Shown here in pieces: positions 28,479 to 39,059 of a stretch of DNA of 64,000 bases. The stretch's first letter is position 1; every line of letters begins with the position of its first letter. Location: IMG/VR virus record IMGVR_UViG_3300020205_000565, positions 18,030 through 82,029 of that record; one strand, written 5' to 3'. The position numbers and the translations under genes are program-made. The notes under the pieces were generated by a model. It was given only the letters and a program-made list of their open reading frames with translations. It searched no databases and had not been told where the DNA came from. Origin of the DNA: a virus.

Positions 28479-31400
28479 TAGCGAGGGGAGTTAAGTAGTT
28501 TATTATTAGTCACCTTAAGTAGCATCTTCACATTATCAGATACAGTTCTTATTAACACAACGTGATTAGCGTAATGTCTAAACTTCTTTCTTTCGAAAGG
28601 TGACTTATTTAAGTTAATGTTGTTATTATTTAATGTACGAATATAACCGTTAAGTTCTGTATTCCAAATAGGTTGTTGTACTAAAATTCCTCCGGCCTGA
28701 AATTCTCCACGGTTTCTAGTGAAGTCCCAGAACTGATTGAATCTATACTTTTGTTCTTCCTTAGAGAATAAAATGTTTATGATGCCTGTTGTTGCATCTA
28801 TCTGAGGATAGTTTACAATTATCGGGGCATTGTTTTTAGGACTAAGATTTAATCTTAGGTTACCGGAAACTTGCTCGTTATTATAAACGATAGCTCTATC
28901 AAAGTTAAAGTCTAATACCTCGTAACGATCAATACCATCTTGGTCATAAACATAGCATTCAAGTAAGTACTCTATGCTTCTTGTTGTAGTAACAGTTTGA
29001 CCAGTAGCAGAAATATAATCTATCTCAAATGGATAGTCTGCCCCATAGTAGTTACAGAACTTAGATGTATTATTATAGTGCTTCCAGATCTTACCAATTC
29101 CGTTATCGGTCTTAGTAGTAAGGAATCCTTTAATGTTAGATATACCAAGTTCCGGATGCCAGTCGTGGAAGGATAACCAAGCTTTAATTTTAGGATCAAA
29201 GCTTATTGTCCAGGATACGTTATCGAAGTAAATCGGATTTCCTAGTTCGATAGCATTATTACCATAGTAAAATTGATCCCCTTTCCGAATAGTAACCACA
29301 CCAATAAACTCGTCTTTAACTTTATAGTCAGTTTTAGAGAAGTATATAATTTGGTTTTCGTTATCAAACGTTGTTTGACATCCGATACCCATTATGGGAT
29401 TTCCTACCAGCGGGAAGTCTGGGAACTGATCTAATAGGAAATAATGTAGGTACTTAGAGAACCACCACTTCATTCCTAAGTCTGAGATAGGCTGCATTCC
29501 TTCTGCTACTGTAAAGATCTTACCTTGAGAAGCGCTCATCCAGTATACACCGGCCGGAGTATTAATTACTGATAGTCTATCCTGGCAAGAGCCATGTTGG
29601 AATTCTATATCAGCGTTACTTAAAGTTTGTAACGGTTGGCTAAATAGGCCACCGTCTCCAATAGTAATCTTTGTACCTGATGTAGTTTGTAAACTATCTA
29701 CAGCATTAAACATTACCGGGCTAGCTTTCTCTTGAAGAATAATAGCACCGTTTCTATTGATAGATTTAAATGCCGTTACCTTACTATCGAAATCATAGTA
29801 GTTATTTACTAAGAATATCTGCCAGTAATCTTTCTTGTCCTCCTGACTATTTGGTAAGGAGTAGATTACTCTATACGGATAATACTGATAGCATGTCTCG
29901 GCAACATATGGATCGTAAGATCTATTCTGCATAGATCCCCATGTTATATAATTATTCATCGTACGAGATACTCCTAGGGAGATGTCGTAGTTAAAGTAAT
30001 TACCAAACTTGATTATACTTGTATCAAATAATCCTTTAAGATCTTTAGTACCATAAGGATTGTAGAACTTCTCTTCTGGTAATTCTCCTTCATCTCTTAA
30101 GTCAATATTATATTCAGATTCTACAAAGAAGTCTCTTACTCCAGATTGGAATAAATACATTGTTCCGCGTAAAACACCTATGATGCCTTTATTTAAGCCT
30201 ACACCACCTGTATCATCATTTACAGCTTCTGTTGTTTGTGCACCTGCATACTTATCTAGATTATATTTTCCAGAAGGCATTGCGTCCCTTATATTACCAG
30301 CAGATATACCTAGTATCCCGTTTGAAACGTTTTGCATAAACTCACTTGCTGAAAACTTAGTAAAGTCTGCCCAAAAACGAGGATAGCTTATCATGTACTT
30401 GAGCGTATAGTCTATCTCAGTTCCTGCGGGAACATCATATAACCAGTCATAGAAATAGAAGAAAGTATTTTTCTCTGTATAACGACCTACATACGTATCG
30501 CCTCCAAATACAGCTGGGGATTTTATAACTACTACCTGCCCAGCATCAGCTTGAGTAAGTTCCTGGTTGAAAGACGTTTTAAATCTATTAACACAACCTG
30601 TAGTAATTTGATTAGCTGATTCTATTTGACCATACTGATTACGAAGTCTAATTTTAAGAGCTCCATACATACAAGATGTTGTAGCAAAGAATTTACCTGA
30701 TGTTGGATTGGCCGTAGTTATATCTCTGTTTATAACATCGTATGGTGTATTATCTCCCGGATCGCCACCATTTATTCCAGCATAAGCTCCTGCGTAAATG
30801 CTATTCTGAATAGCGGAACCAACAGTTTGTATAGATCCATCTGTGACAGTTGGCGCAAAAGCATTCTGCATGAAGATAGGATTATCTACAATAGAACCAT
30901 TAAGATTTTTACCTAGATGAATTGCTACGCAGTTAGGTCTAAATAAATTATTAACTTTATAGTTACCTATAAACTGGAACTGACCTTTTAAGTAAGAAAC
31001 ATCATTAATTAATCTTCGAGTATTACCGCTTCCTTGATACGCTGTTTTAATATTACCCGGCTGCAGTTTATGTAGATCAAGATGACTAACAGTACGAAGA
31101 ACAAAATCTCTATACGGTGCTAGAGCATACATTAAATCAAGTATACTATCTATACCTTGTGACCAGTAGTATGCAAAAGTTACAATACTATTTCCGGCTA
31201 ATACACCTGTTGGAACATATTGATAATCTCCATACGTAAGAGATCTACTTAAAGAAGGTGGTGCTAATCCAGCTGATGATGTACCCGATGTTGCTGATTG
31301 GGCTATTATATAAGCTGCTAATGCTTCATTCTCATCGGCATTAAGAGATGGATTTAATCCACCTAGTGCAGCAGCAAGTAAATGCACCGATGTCGCTGCA

Positions 31401-33823
31401 AGCGCGTCAATTCCCGTTATTCCTAAAGCAATAATTGCAGACTGTACTGCTGTAGCAGGAGATGCAACTGCGGCATTTACCGGTATAGCCTGATTTGTAA
31501 TTCTTTGACCACGAACAGCTTTTGCAGCAATACCTAAACCAGCAACAGCTGCTATAATAAAGGCTCTATTTGTTAATAACTTCTCTCGTGGATGATCGGG
31601 CACAGATTCAAACTGACCCTCCATATTATATTTATCTCCTAATTGGCCATATAATTTTAATTCATTTACAGATAAAAATGGATACTCTAAATTTGTATCA
31701 GGGGAATGAAATGTAAGATACGATGACTCATATGGTACTACATTTGAATTATAACCTAACCAACTAGAAGGTTTATTCTGCTCACTACCTTGCATGGAAT
31801 CTAGTGGCACAGCATCATTATAATTTGTTAAGGTAAAGTCGATACCTAAATAATTACCAACGTAGTTAGGATAGAGAATCTTATCTCCAGTAGCAATACC
31901 AAAGGGTGCTCCACTTCCTGTTGTAGATGCGCCAGCTTCTCTATAAGAACGCATGTTATTAACGGCTCCTTTTGCTACAACCGTTTTATTTCCTTGTCTT
32001 GAAGCACGGAGTATTTCATATCCTACAATACCCGGAATAATATTTCCTTGATTATCTCTAGGAGCTTTTATATTTCCAAATCTAACACCTAGTAAACGAA
32101 TTGCTTTAGGTTTAGCTGGAGTAAGATTTCCGTTTGTTGCAAGAAAATAATCATCTACACGGATGTGCGTAGTATTCTGGTTAACATAAAGATCGCCAAA
32201 CTGACTACCGTTCGAATTTAAAAAATCAGAAGGCATCTTGTGATGTCTTATCTGTTTACCGCATAAATCATATGCTGGATTATTTCCAGAAATTGTAAAC
32301 AAACTAGGATTAGATGATGCGTCCCATACCTCTGGATTATTATTTGGATACTGCTCAGTTGATTCCCAGTAACCCATTTTACCTGATGCTATAATCTGAC
32401 CAGGAGTTACTGCAGAATTATTTAGCGGTAGCCCTTGTAAGTCTAATGGATAAGCAGTATTAATTACTTCCCATACTTTTGTTTGGTAGTCATTATCTTG
32501 AGCATATTCAATATTGTCTAGATCACTAGGACTATAATTTTGTAATTCCCAGTCAAATGCTTCTCTCCCAGGTATATGATATGAGCTAGATTTCTTACCA
32601 TCGTTGTATACAAATCTTATCCAGAATGCATATACTTCATCTCGCATGTAACCAACTGTACTACCACCTTTACGGTAATAGTCCCAAGGCTGCTCTACCA
32701 TAATCCATTCAGTATCAATCTGATTAGCAAATGGTTGGTAGTTAAAGTCAAACTTTTCTGTTGGCGCTACACGAATAAGATATCCATTAACATCGTACAT
32801 TGCCTCAGATTTATCATAGCCCGGAGTACGTAACGGAATGTATTCTAATGGAATAGAAGTTAATGTAGCTGATACATAGTCAAAACTTATAGAATGTGTT
32901 TGGGTACTATAGAATCCTACTTGAGATGCGACAGTTTGCTGATCAGTAGTATGTACTACAACTAACTGAAACTCAGTAAAGTTTTCTGTATCTAAATTAG
33001 TAAAGCTTACATCTAAAGAACTACCTGCCGTATTAGGCGAAAACAAAGCTTGTATATTAGACGGAGAAAAATAATCAGTAACTCTTTGCTGATTATCTGA
33101 GTAAGCAATTACCGCATAGTATGATCCGTTTCGTAATTGACCCCCTGACAAACCCTTACTAACTGTAACACAAGGGATTAGCATGCGTTTATTTAAACGT
33201 ATTTTTTCGCAGTCTAGAGCAAGCGGGATTTGGTTTTGGCATATAGTGCAGTCGGCATTTATTCCGGCCTGTACATTATCGCAGATATAAGGAACTCCTG
33301 GCCAAGGTTCGTTAATATATATATCAGGATAGCTAGCTAGTTCAACCGGGCCAATGTTTAATTTACGACTTACATTTAGACCATCGTCCCAATATAGATC
33401 CCAACTACAGTCAAATTTAGTTTTAGCATCTCCAATAATTAAGTTCTCCCTATTGAAGTTTAGACACTGATCATTTACTATAGGTATATAAGTACAGCTT
33501 GGTTCGTGAAATAATCCAATCTCTGAATTAGTATCATCAGTAGAAAAGACTGCAAAGTAATCTTGATAAATAGGAATAGTACCTATTATGGTATACGGGG
33601 CCTGTGTACAGAACTCGTTTGCTGGCTCATTGCCAAGCAAACCTATATCTCCGGACTTACTATTATTAGCAGCATTTCGTGCATGATTCCACGTACCCTC
33701 AGGAGCATACGTGACATCATAGTCTTTAACCATGCCTTTGTTAAAAGCATTGGTAGTTCCATCAGACGTATTAGCCTGAGGTGTGCTATCAGCACTAGCT
33801 TGGGATGCTCTTTGTTTAGCCAT
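28478..33823 (-). CDS. Tail muzzle / stabilisation protein (P22 gp10-like, crAss-type)
   Basis: N-terminal FNKGMVKD, C-terminal WTISF...WLSFHDWHP, beta-rich sequence, and position between ring genes and cargo genes as in crAss-like phages. Confidence 0.75.
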   Translation of the reverse strand: MAKQRASQASADSTPQANTSDGTTNAFNKGMVKDYDVTYAPEGTWNHARNAANNSKSGDIGLLGNEPANEFCTQAPYTIIGTIPIYQDYFAVFSTDDTNSEIGLFHEPSCTYIPIVNDQCLNFNRENLIIGDAKTKFDCSWDLYWDDGLNVSRKLNIGPVELASYPDIYINEPWPGVPYICDNVQAGINADCTICQNQIPLALDCEKIRLNKRMLIPCVTVSKGLSGGQLRNGSYYAVIAYSDNQQRVTDYFSPSNIQALFSPNTAGSSLDVSFTNLDTENFTEFQLVVVHTTDQQTVASQVGFYSTQTHSISFDYVSATLTSIPLEYIPLRTPGYDKSEAMYDVNGYLIRVAPTEKFDFNYQPFANQIDTEWIMVEQPWDYYRKGGSTVGYMRDEVYAFWIRFVYNDGKKSSSYHIPGREAFDWELQNYSPSDLDNIEYAQDNDYQTKVWEVINTAYPLDLQGLPLNNSAVTPGQIIASGKMGYWESTEQYPNNNPEVWDASSNPSLFTISGNNPAYDLCGKQIRHHKMPSDFLNSNGSQFGDLYVNQNTTHIRVDDYFLATNGNLTPAKPKAIRLLGVRFGNIKAPRDNQGNIIPGIVGYEILRASRQGNKTVVAKGAVNNMRSYREAGASTTGSGAPFGIATGDKILYPNYVGNYLGIDFTLTNYNDAVPLDSMQGSEQNKPSSWLGYNSNVVPYESSYLTFHSPDTNLEYPFLSVNELKLYGQLGDKYNMEGQFESVPDHPREKLLTNRAFIIAAVAGLGIAAKAVRGQRITNQAIPVNAAVASPATAVQSAIIALGITGIDALAATSVHLLAAALGGLNPSLNADENEALAAYIIAQSATSGTSSAGLAPPSLSRSLTYGDYQYVPTGVLAGNSIVTFAYYWSQGIDSILDLMYALAPYRDFVLRTVSHLDLHKLQPGNIKTAYQGSGNTRRLINDVSYLKGQFQFIGNYKVNNLFRPNCVAIHLGKNLNGSIVDNPIFMQNAFAPTVTDGSIQTVGSAIQNSIYAGAYAGINGGDPGDNTPYDVINRDITTANPTSGKFFATTSCMYGALKIRLRNQYGQIESANQITTGCVNRFKTSFNQELTQADAGQVVVIKSPAVFGGDTYVGRYTEKNTFFYFYDWLYDVPAGTEIDYTLKYMISYPRFWADFTKFSASEFMQNVSNGILGISAGNIRDAMPSGKYNLDKYAGAQTTEAVNDDTGGVGLNKGIIGVLRGTMYLFQSGVRDFFVESEYNIDLRDEGELPEEKFYNPYGTKDLKGLFDTSIIKFGNYFNYDISLGVSRTMNNYITWGSMQNRSYDPYVAETCYQYYPYRVIYSLPNSQEDKKDYWQIFLVNNYYDFDSKVTAFKSINRNGAIILQEKASPVMFNAVDSLQTTSGTKITIGDGGLFSQPLQTLSNADIEFQHGSCQDRLSVINTPAGVYWMSASQGKIFTVAEGMQPISDLGMKWWFSKYLHYFLLDQFPDFPLVGNPIMGIGCQTTFDNENQIIYFSKTDYKVKDEFIGVVTIRKGDQFYYGNNAIELGNPIYFDNVSWTISFDPKIKAWLSFHDWHPELGISNIKGFLTTKTDNGIGKIWKHYNNTSKFCNYYGADYPFEIDYISATGQTVTTTRSIEYLLECYVYDQDGIDRYEVLDFNFDRAIVYNNEQVSGNLRLNLSPKNNAPIIVNYPQIDATTGIINILFSKEEQKYRFNQFWDFTRNRGEFQAGGILVQQPIWNTELNGYIRTLNNNNINLNKSPFERKKFRHYANHVVLIRTVSDNVKMLLKVTNNKLLNSPR

Positions 33824-33825
33824 GA

Positions 33826-34779
33826 TTAAACACCGTTATTTACTCTTAGGTTACTCATTGGACTAGGATATGACTTAAACATATCATAGTACTTACCATA
33901 CATTGCTTTACGGTTCATAGTCCATACTTTCTCCATCTCAGAGAAGTTAGGAGTATTAACTACTGTAAGTGCATTGTTTCTTGCTGCACGATATTCTTGT
34001 GCAACTAGCTGAACTTGATTTGTTACGTTTACCCCATCCATTACCAAGTTCTCTAGAATACGTTTCTTTAATCCATATTCGTAATACTCGTTAAGATAAG
34101 GATGATCAGGAACCATTAAGTGCCCTTCAGCATCCTCTAAAGTTCCCTGGTAGTTTATATAAATTTTAGCTTCATCAGTACAGTGATTAGTACCATCATT
34201 ATTTCTACGGTCATGATTATTATGCGTATTAAGATAAAGCCAACCGTCTTTAATATAAGCTTCATCCCTTGCCATAGATTGAAGATTCGGACAATCGCAA
34301 TCTATAAATTGTGAGTTTCTAAATCTAATTGGGGCAAATGTTTTATAAGTTCTCGTTTGATTATTAATTACTTGAATCAACTGGTATTCAGTTCCGCACT
34401 GTGTTAGACATACAGGTTGAGATGGTAAGGATACATCTGAACAATAGTTAGCCTCTACCCACGGTCTCCATTTTGGAGTAACATCTTGAATATTAGTACC
34501 TTGCGGCATTGACACATCCTCTGTGTATTCTCCGCATATCAATGCGAAGTTCATTACATAGAAGTCATCTGGTAAGCGTACGCGACCCTTTTCTACGTAT
34601 AATAATCTTTCTTTAGTCATGTATATACGTAGGCCAAGATCATAATTAATACGTGTAGCTACTTTGAGTAGCTGCGAAGGATCTACGCTTCCGTCGGTAA
34701 CTAAACTTTTTAAATCAAGCTTGACATCTTCAAGTAGTGATTCAAAAGTTCTATATTTAAGAGTGTAATTATAGTTCAT
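33826..34779 (-). CDS. Tail ring/tubular protein
   Basis: RVRLPDDF...YIKDGWLYLN...IYINYQG...GHLMVPD pattern; immediately upstream of the muzzle gene. Confidence 0.65.
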   Translation of the reverse strand: MNYNYTLKYRTFESLLEDVKLDLKSLVTDGSVDPSQLLKVATRINYDLGLRIYMTKERLLYVEKGRVRLPDDFYVMNFALICGEYTEDVSMPQGTNIQDVTPKWRPWVEANYCSDVSLPSQPVCLTQCGTEYQLIQVINNQTRTYKTFAPIRFRNSQFIDCDCPNLQSMARDEAYIKDGWLYLNTHNNHDRRNNDGTNHCTDEAKIYINYQGTLEDAEGHLMVPDHPYLNEYYEYGLKKRILENLVMDGVNVTNQVQLVAQEYRAARNNALTVVNTPNFSEMEKVWTMNRKAMYGKYYDMFKSYPSPMSNLRVNNGV

Positions 34780-35444
34780 GATCTATATACGGATTGTTTA
34801 TCTGAAATAAATTGGTCTTGAGGTATTTGAGCAGACTTCATGAAGTCAGCAACTACCTGCTGCTCTATCTCTGCAAAAAGTTCAGGTGGTACCCCTAATA
34901 ATTCTTGTTGACGCTGCATGCATGGATCTTCACAACTAAAGCCCATAACTCCAGCATCAAAGATTCCTTCTACGGATAATCCTTCCCATTCAACATTTGG
35001 AATATAGATATAGTTATCCATAAGCCAGAAGTAGGTATTCTTATTATATCTAAAAGCGGATGTCTTACTCATGCTATTATATAACGTAGGAGTTGTCCGA
35101 TAGGCTTCTGTAAAGCCGTCCATAGAAGTTACAGTACGTAGCAATGGACCCTGAGGTCCTTCCATTATATTTGGTATTCTAGTTTGTGTACGTTTAATTG
35201 TACAACCTGATTTAGGCTCACAGCAGGCTTCTACTTTATCTACGTCTATTAGTGGTATGCAGGGTAGACGTTTAAACATACTAGAGAACTTTGTTCCTGT
35301 TCCCTGGTTACTTTGACGTTTAATATACATCCCAGCGTATTTCATTATAAGACTATAGATAACACGGTCTGTGATAAAGTCATCCATGTCTACAGCCTTA
35401 ATAATGTTTCTAACACGAGATACTGCTTCTCCTACTGTTTTCAT
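34776..35444 (-). CDS. Tail ring/adaptor protein
   Basis: Size, synteny, and the ITDRVI...YFWLMDNYIYI...VEGIF pattern. Confidence 0.6.
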   Translation of the reverse strand: MKTVGEAVSRVRNIIKAVDMDDFITDRVIYSLIMKYAGMYIKRQSNQGTGTKFSSMFKRLPCIPLIDVDKVEACCEPKSGCTIKRTQTRIPNIMEGPQGPLLRTVTSMDGFTEAYRTTPTLYNSMSKTSAFRYNKNTYFWLMDNYIYIPNVEWEGLSVEGIFDAGVMGFSCEDPCMQRQQELLGVPPELFAEIEQQVVADFMKSAQIPQDQFISDKQSVYRS

Positions 35445-35446
35445 AA

Positions 35447-36034
35447 TTAATCTTTTAGATCAAATTCGTTATATTCTATTAACTTCTCTTTTGTTTGTCT
35501 AGCTATTCGATTCTTCATGCAGGCTTTATCAAATAGTTTTGATACAGTAAACATCTTATCTATTACTATAAACTTCTTCCAGTTGTCCCGGAACTCTTTA
35601 GTAACAGCTCGTTTAAAATATCTGTTAGCAGTAAATCCCCATAGAACCCTGTCTCGTAGTTTGTATCGAGACTGATAGTTGCTGTAGAATATCTTACTAA
35701 TGTAACCATCTGTATCCCAGTTCTTATGAGTAACCTTAACGCCATACTTAATGGACTTACCATAATCTATATTTTCTTTAATAGGTTGCTGACAAGCTCC
35801 AATAAAAAGGTAACCTAGATTCTCTGGTAACTCTATACCGTCTCTGTTTTCAATCGTTTCTCTCCAAAGCTTTTCGTTAAAAGCCTTTACTATTTTTTTA
35901 GTTAACGCTAGGTCAACATCTTTGTGTTCTGGATACTTAGCTTTAAAGTCTTTAATATACTGTTTAGTAATTAACTTAACTTTTGGGGCTCTATATCTCG
36001 GGGCATTTAAGTTTGGTTTTTTGAAGTTCTGCAT
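35447..36034 (-). CDS. HU/IHF-like DNA-binding protein (crAss tail-module type)
   Basis: Basic protein with helices followed by GIELPENLGYLFI, resembling the IHF beta arm. IHF-like genes are typical of crAss-like tail modules. Confidence 0.6.
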   Translation of the reverse strand: MQNFKKPNLNAPRYRAPKVKLITKQYIKDFKAKYPEHKDVDLALTKKIVKAFNEKLWRETIENRDGIELPENLGYLFIGACQQPIKENIDYGKSIKYGVKVTHKNWDTDGYISKIFYSNYQSRYKLRDRVLWGFTANRYFKRAVTKEFRDNWKKFIVIDKMFTVSKLFDKACMKNRIARQTKEKLIEYNEFDLKD

Positions 36035-36109
36035 ACGCCTTAGTACAATTTACGAAATTTATTCTAGCTTTAAAAGTAATACATCATTGAATACTAAACA
36101 AATATAGTG

Positions 36110-36138
36110 AAAAACCCCCAAGCCATTGCCTGAGGGTC
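36110..36138 (-). terminator. Intrinsic terminator
   Basis: Minus strand reads ACCCTCAGGC-AATG-GCTTGGGGGT-TTTT: a 10-bp stem with G:U pairs followed by a U tract. Confidence 0.75.
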
Positions 36139-36177
36139 TCTCTTGTTTAGTCACGCTAAACCAACAAACGTGGACTA
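36110..36177 (-). ncRNA. Candidate 3'-UTR small RNA (hairpin with UGUUGGUUU loop plus terminator)
   Basis: UAGUC(C)ACGUU-UGUUGGUUU-AGCGUGACUA hairpin directly before the terminator. The loop is complementary to AAACCAAC motifs at gene starts. Confidence 0.45.
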
Positions 36178-36741
36178 TAATGCCGGTAGTGTCTTTATAA
36201 TTATAATAGCGCTGGTAGAACTTGCTGCGTCATCTATACAATTTGTTCTTACTTGAAAATAATAATTAGTATTAGGAGTTAGCAAAGTAAGCGTATAACT
36301 ATTCGTAGTTAAGTTAGCCGTAGACGTCCATACCCCGGGGATAGTTCCGTAATCTACATTATAATAATCAGCTCCAGTAAGTTCCCACGTAAGTATAATT
36401 GTAGTTGTACCTACATAAGTAGGATGTACATTAATAGGGGGAAGACAGTCAGTATCCCAGCTTTGTACAGACATGGCCTGATAAGCGTTCTCTAGAGATG
36501 CTCCTGCAGGTAATGCTGGATAGTAACCATTATCTGAAATAGTATTACCAAACTGATATATAGAATATAGAGAACTATGTTTTACACAAGTATCCTGGAT
36601 AGTTTCATAACACGGAGTTGGATCCGGGCAAGTTATATCTGGAGGACATGTGAAAACAGCAGCAGTTGTAAGGGGTAAATCCTTACAACCGCATAAGTTA
36701 GTTGATGATACTGTATTAGAACCGCAAGTTGTGCAAGCCAT
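36175..36741 (-). CDS. Cys-rich virion protein with a C-terminal FN3 domain
   Basis: CTTC...CGC N-terminus; ILTW...YNVDY...LTPNTNYYFQVRT is an FN3 signature. Confidence 0.65.
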   Translation of the reverse strand: MACTTCGSNTVSSTNLCGCKDLPLTTAAVFTCPPDITCPDPTPCYETIQDTCVKHSSLYSIYQFGNTISDNGYYPALPAGASLENAYQAMSVQSWDTDCLPPINVHPTYVGTTTIILTWELTGADYYNVDYGTIPGVWTSTANLTTNSYTLTLLTPNTNYYFQVRTNCIDDAASSTSAIIIIKTLPAL

Positions 36742-36753
36742 ATTTTTAGTTTA

Positions 36754-38229
36754 TTAAGCCGTCTCTACTGATTGATAATCACAATCCTTAATGATACCGC
36801 CTACGATTACTCTTACTCTAACATTATAGGTAGTACTTGGTGTAAGCCCCGTTAACGTTCCAGTTATGGCACCAGATGCAGGATTTACAATAGTAGCTGT
36901 TGTTACTACAGCAGTTATACCGTTGTTCCAACATTCTACTATGTAAGTTACACCTGCACTAATAGGGTTAGTAAAGCTAAAATCTATATAGTCCCAAGGC
37001 GACCCTACAGCGTAGCTCATAGCGGGGCAAGTATCAAAGTTCTCTACTCCTACAGTTAAACATTTGTTACATGTAAGGTCTCCGTCAGAAGCACATACAT
37101 CTAATTTAACTGTATAGTCTGTATACAAGTTTAATAACGATACTGATAGATCAATAAGTTGCGTAGCTCCACCAAGGTTAGGTATAACCGATACCTGTGT
37201 TGTATATGTTAGGCCGAAGGCATCTGTAATAGTAACAAACATACCTCCCGCAAAACAGTCTACAAATGATCCAGCAGATCCTGTAAATGCTAGCTCTATA
37301 TTAGGAGTAGAAAACTGAGCATCCATTATTATTTGAACATCGTCACAAGTAGTATTGCAACAGTTTGTAACTATGTTTTGTACAGCAGATCGCATATCAC
37401 ATACAGTAACCCATAGGTTATTTACAGCTGCTGCCATAGTATTTACATCTCCCGCGTTGAGCCAACCTGGTAAACCAGCCATAGAAATGGTAGGATTACT
37501 TAAGGTAGGTGAAGTATCAAGATTAATACACTGTTGTCCAATTGCTGAAGTAATTTCTCCAGGATTTCCAGTAGCGGTTCGTAAATCACAAAATGCTGCC
37601 TCAAGCTCTTCTACAAAATCTACTATAGGAATATTTGTAGCGCCTGTTATACATACACTAGACGGTACAATTATCTGATCTTTTATAGACTTAACTAAAC
37701 CTCCCGCTGGAAATACAACTTGAGATATAGAGTCAATTTCTTTAGTATGTAAAGTAAGAGTTTTATTTATAGTTACTGTGCCATCTATAATTCCACAAAT
37801 AGTGTTTCCGATTAATGTAGCAAAGTCAGTAACTGAAAGTTGAACAACCATATCCCCTAAAGGATTAGGAAATTGCAAACATTCAGGAACTGGTACTAAG
37901 CAAGCTAATGTTGCAGCACAGTCCGCTGGTGAATTAGTGGACGGAGTACTTTGCATAGCACAAAGCTGATCCAAAATGAATTGGATAATATCCTTAACAC
38001 TTGTTGGCACAGGTGAGATAGGAGGGAAACAACTTACGTCAAATCCGGATACTTTTAATTCATCAAGAAGTGTACATAGTTCCGTTGCAACTTTATAAGT
38101 TACATCGGAAATACTATCTCCTTTGCATAAGTTAATGCAAGAGATATCTGGACCTTGCCAGATAACACAGTTACTTGATAACGGTGTACAGCCTCTTTGT
38201 GTATTCGTAGGTTCTAGTGGAAGTGCCAT
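36754..38229 (-). CDS. Cys-rich tail appendage protein with a C-terminal FN3 domain
   Basis: SSNCVIWQGPDISC N-terminus, many Cys, and GLTPSTTYNVRVRV (FN3). Confidence 0.6.
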   Translation of the reverse strand: MALPLEPTNTQRGCTPLSSNCVIWQGPDISCINLCKGDSISDVTYKVATELCTLLDELKVSGFDVSCFPPISPVPTSVKDIIQFILDQLCAMQSTPSTNSPADCAATLACLVPVPECLQFPNPLGDMVVQLSVTDFATLIGNTICGIIDGTVTINKTLTLHTKEIDSISQVVFPAGGLVKSIKDQIIVPSSVCITGATNIPIVDFVEELEAAFCDLRTATGNPGEITSAIGQQCINLDTSPTLSNPTISMAGLPGWLNAGDVNTMAAAVNNLWVTVCDMRSAVQNIVTNCCNTTCDDVQIIMDAQFSTPNIELAFTGSAGSFVDCFAGGMFVTITDAFGLTYTTQVSVIPNLGGATQLIDLSVSLLNLYTDYTVKLDVCASDGDLTCNKCLTVGVENFDTCPAMSYAVGSPWDYIDFSFTNPISAGVTYIVECWNNGITAVVTTATIVNPASGAITGTLTGLTPSTTYNVRVRVIVGGIIKDCDYQSVETA

Positions 38230-38257
38230 ATATATAATTTACAAAATTTTTATCTAA

Positions 38258-39058
38258 TTAACTAGGTTCTGGACAAATAATTGGGATTACGGCAACCGGT
38301 ATCGTACAAGCATTTGGATCTGTCATTACAGAATAATCGGATTGCTCTTTCTTAATCCATAGTTTATCTAAGTCTATAGTATCGCAACAGTTACCATATC
38401 CGTTTTTAAGGCCAAGGAATAACTTATAGTATCCGTTAGCAAATTTGATATTAGCATTGATGTCGCATTCTCCTTGAGTAACCTGATAAAATAATCTAGG
38501 GGACTTAGGGATTGTTTCAGAATAAGGTAATGGTAATGTGTCAGGCGAGCTTCCGGGTACTGGAAAAGGATCTGGTGGTGGGGGATAAGGTCCTCCCAAA
38601 CAACAAGGACAGTCCTCAAATGAATTTAAGAATGTTACTGTCTCAGTAGATGCAACTACCGAAATACTTACTTCCCAACAACCGGGGTACTCCGAAATGG
38701 TTATAACTGATCCATCATAGCTAACATCAATCCCATCAACATTTAATATTGTACCGTCTTGACAATTAGTTAATTCAATACTTGATACCGGACAACCCGC
38801 TGCTCCAAAAGTAGCTAAAGCAACATCTGTAACAATAGCTCCTACTTGACAGTTTGCTGCATAATCTCCGCAAGTACCACTGCAACATACGCTATCTATC
38901 AGCCAGGTTCCTGGTAATAGTGGATCAGTCGTACTAAAGTTATTACCAACTTCGGCATCCCATATAGTATACGTTGGAGATCCTTCTAGACCAATATTAA
39001 GCCATACTATAGTTCCAGTTTCACAGTTTACTATTTTTAAACAGCAGATTATAATCAT
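38258..39058 (-). CDS. Cys-rich structural protein
   Basis: LxNC...CxxC repeat shared with the neighbouring 938-aa protein; Pro-rich linker. Confidence 0.55.
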   Translation of the reverse strand: MIIICCLKIVNCETGTIVWLNIGLEGSPTYTIWDAEVGNNFSTTDPLLPGTWLIDSVCCSGTCGDYAANCQVGAIVTDVALATFGAAGCPVSSIELTNCQDGTILNVDGIDVSYDGSVITISEYPGCWEVSISVVASTETVTFLNSFEDCPCCLGGPYPPPPDPFPVPGSSPDTLPLPYSETIPKSPRLFYQVTQGECDINANIKFANGYYKLFLGLKNGYGNCCDTIDLDKLWIKKEQSDYSVMTDPNACTIPVAVIPIICPEPS

Positions 39059-39059
39059 A

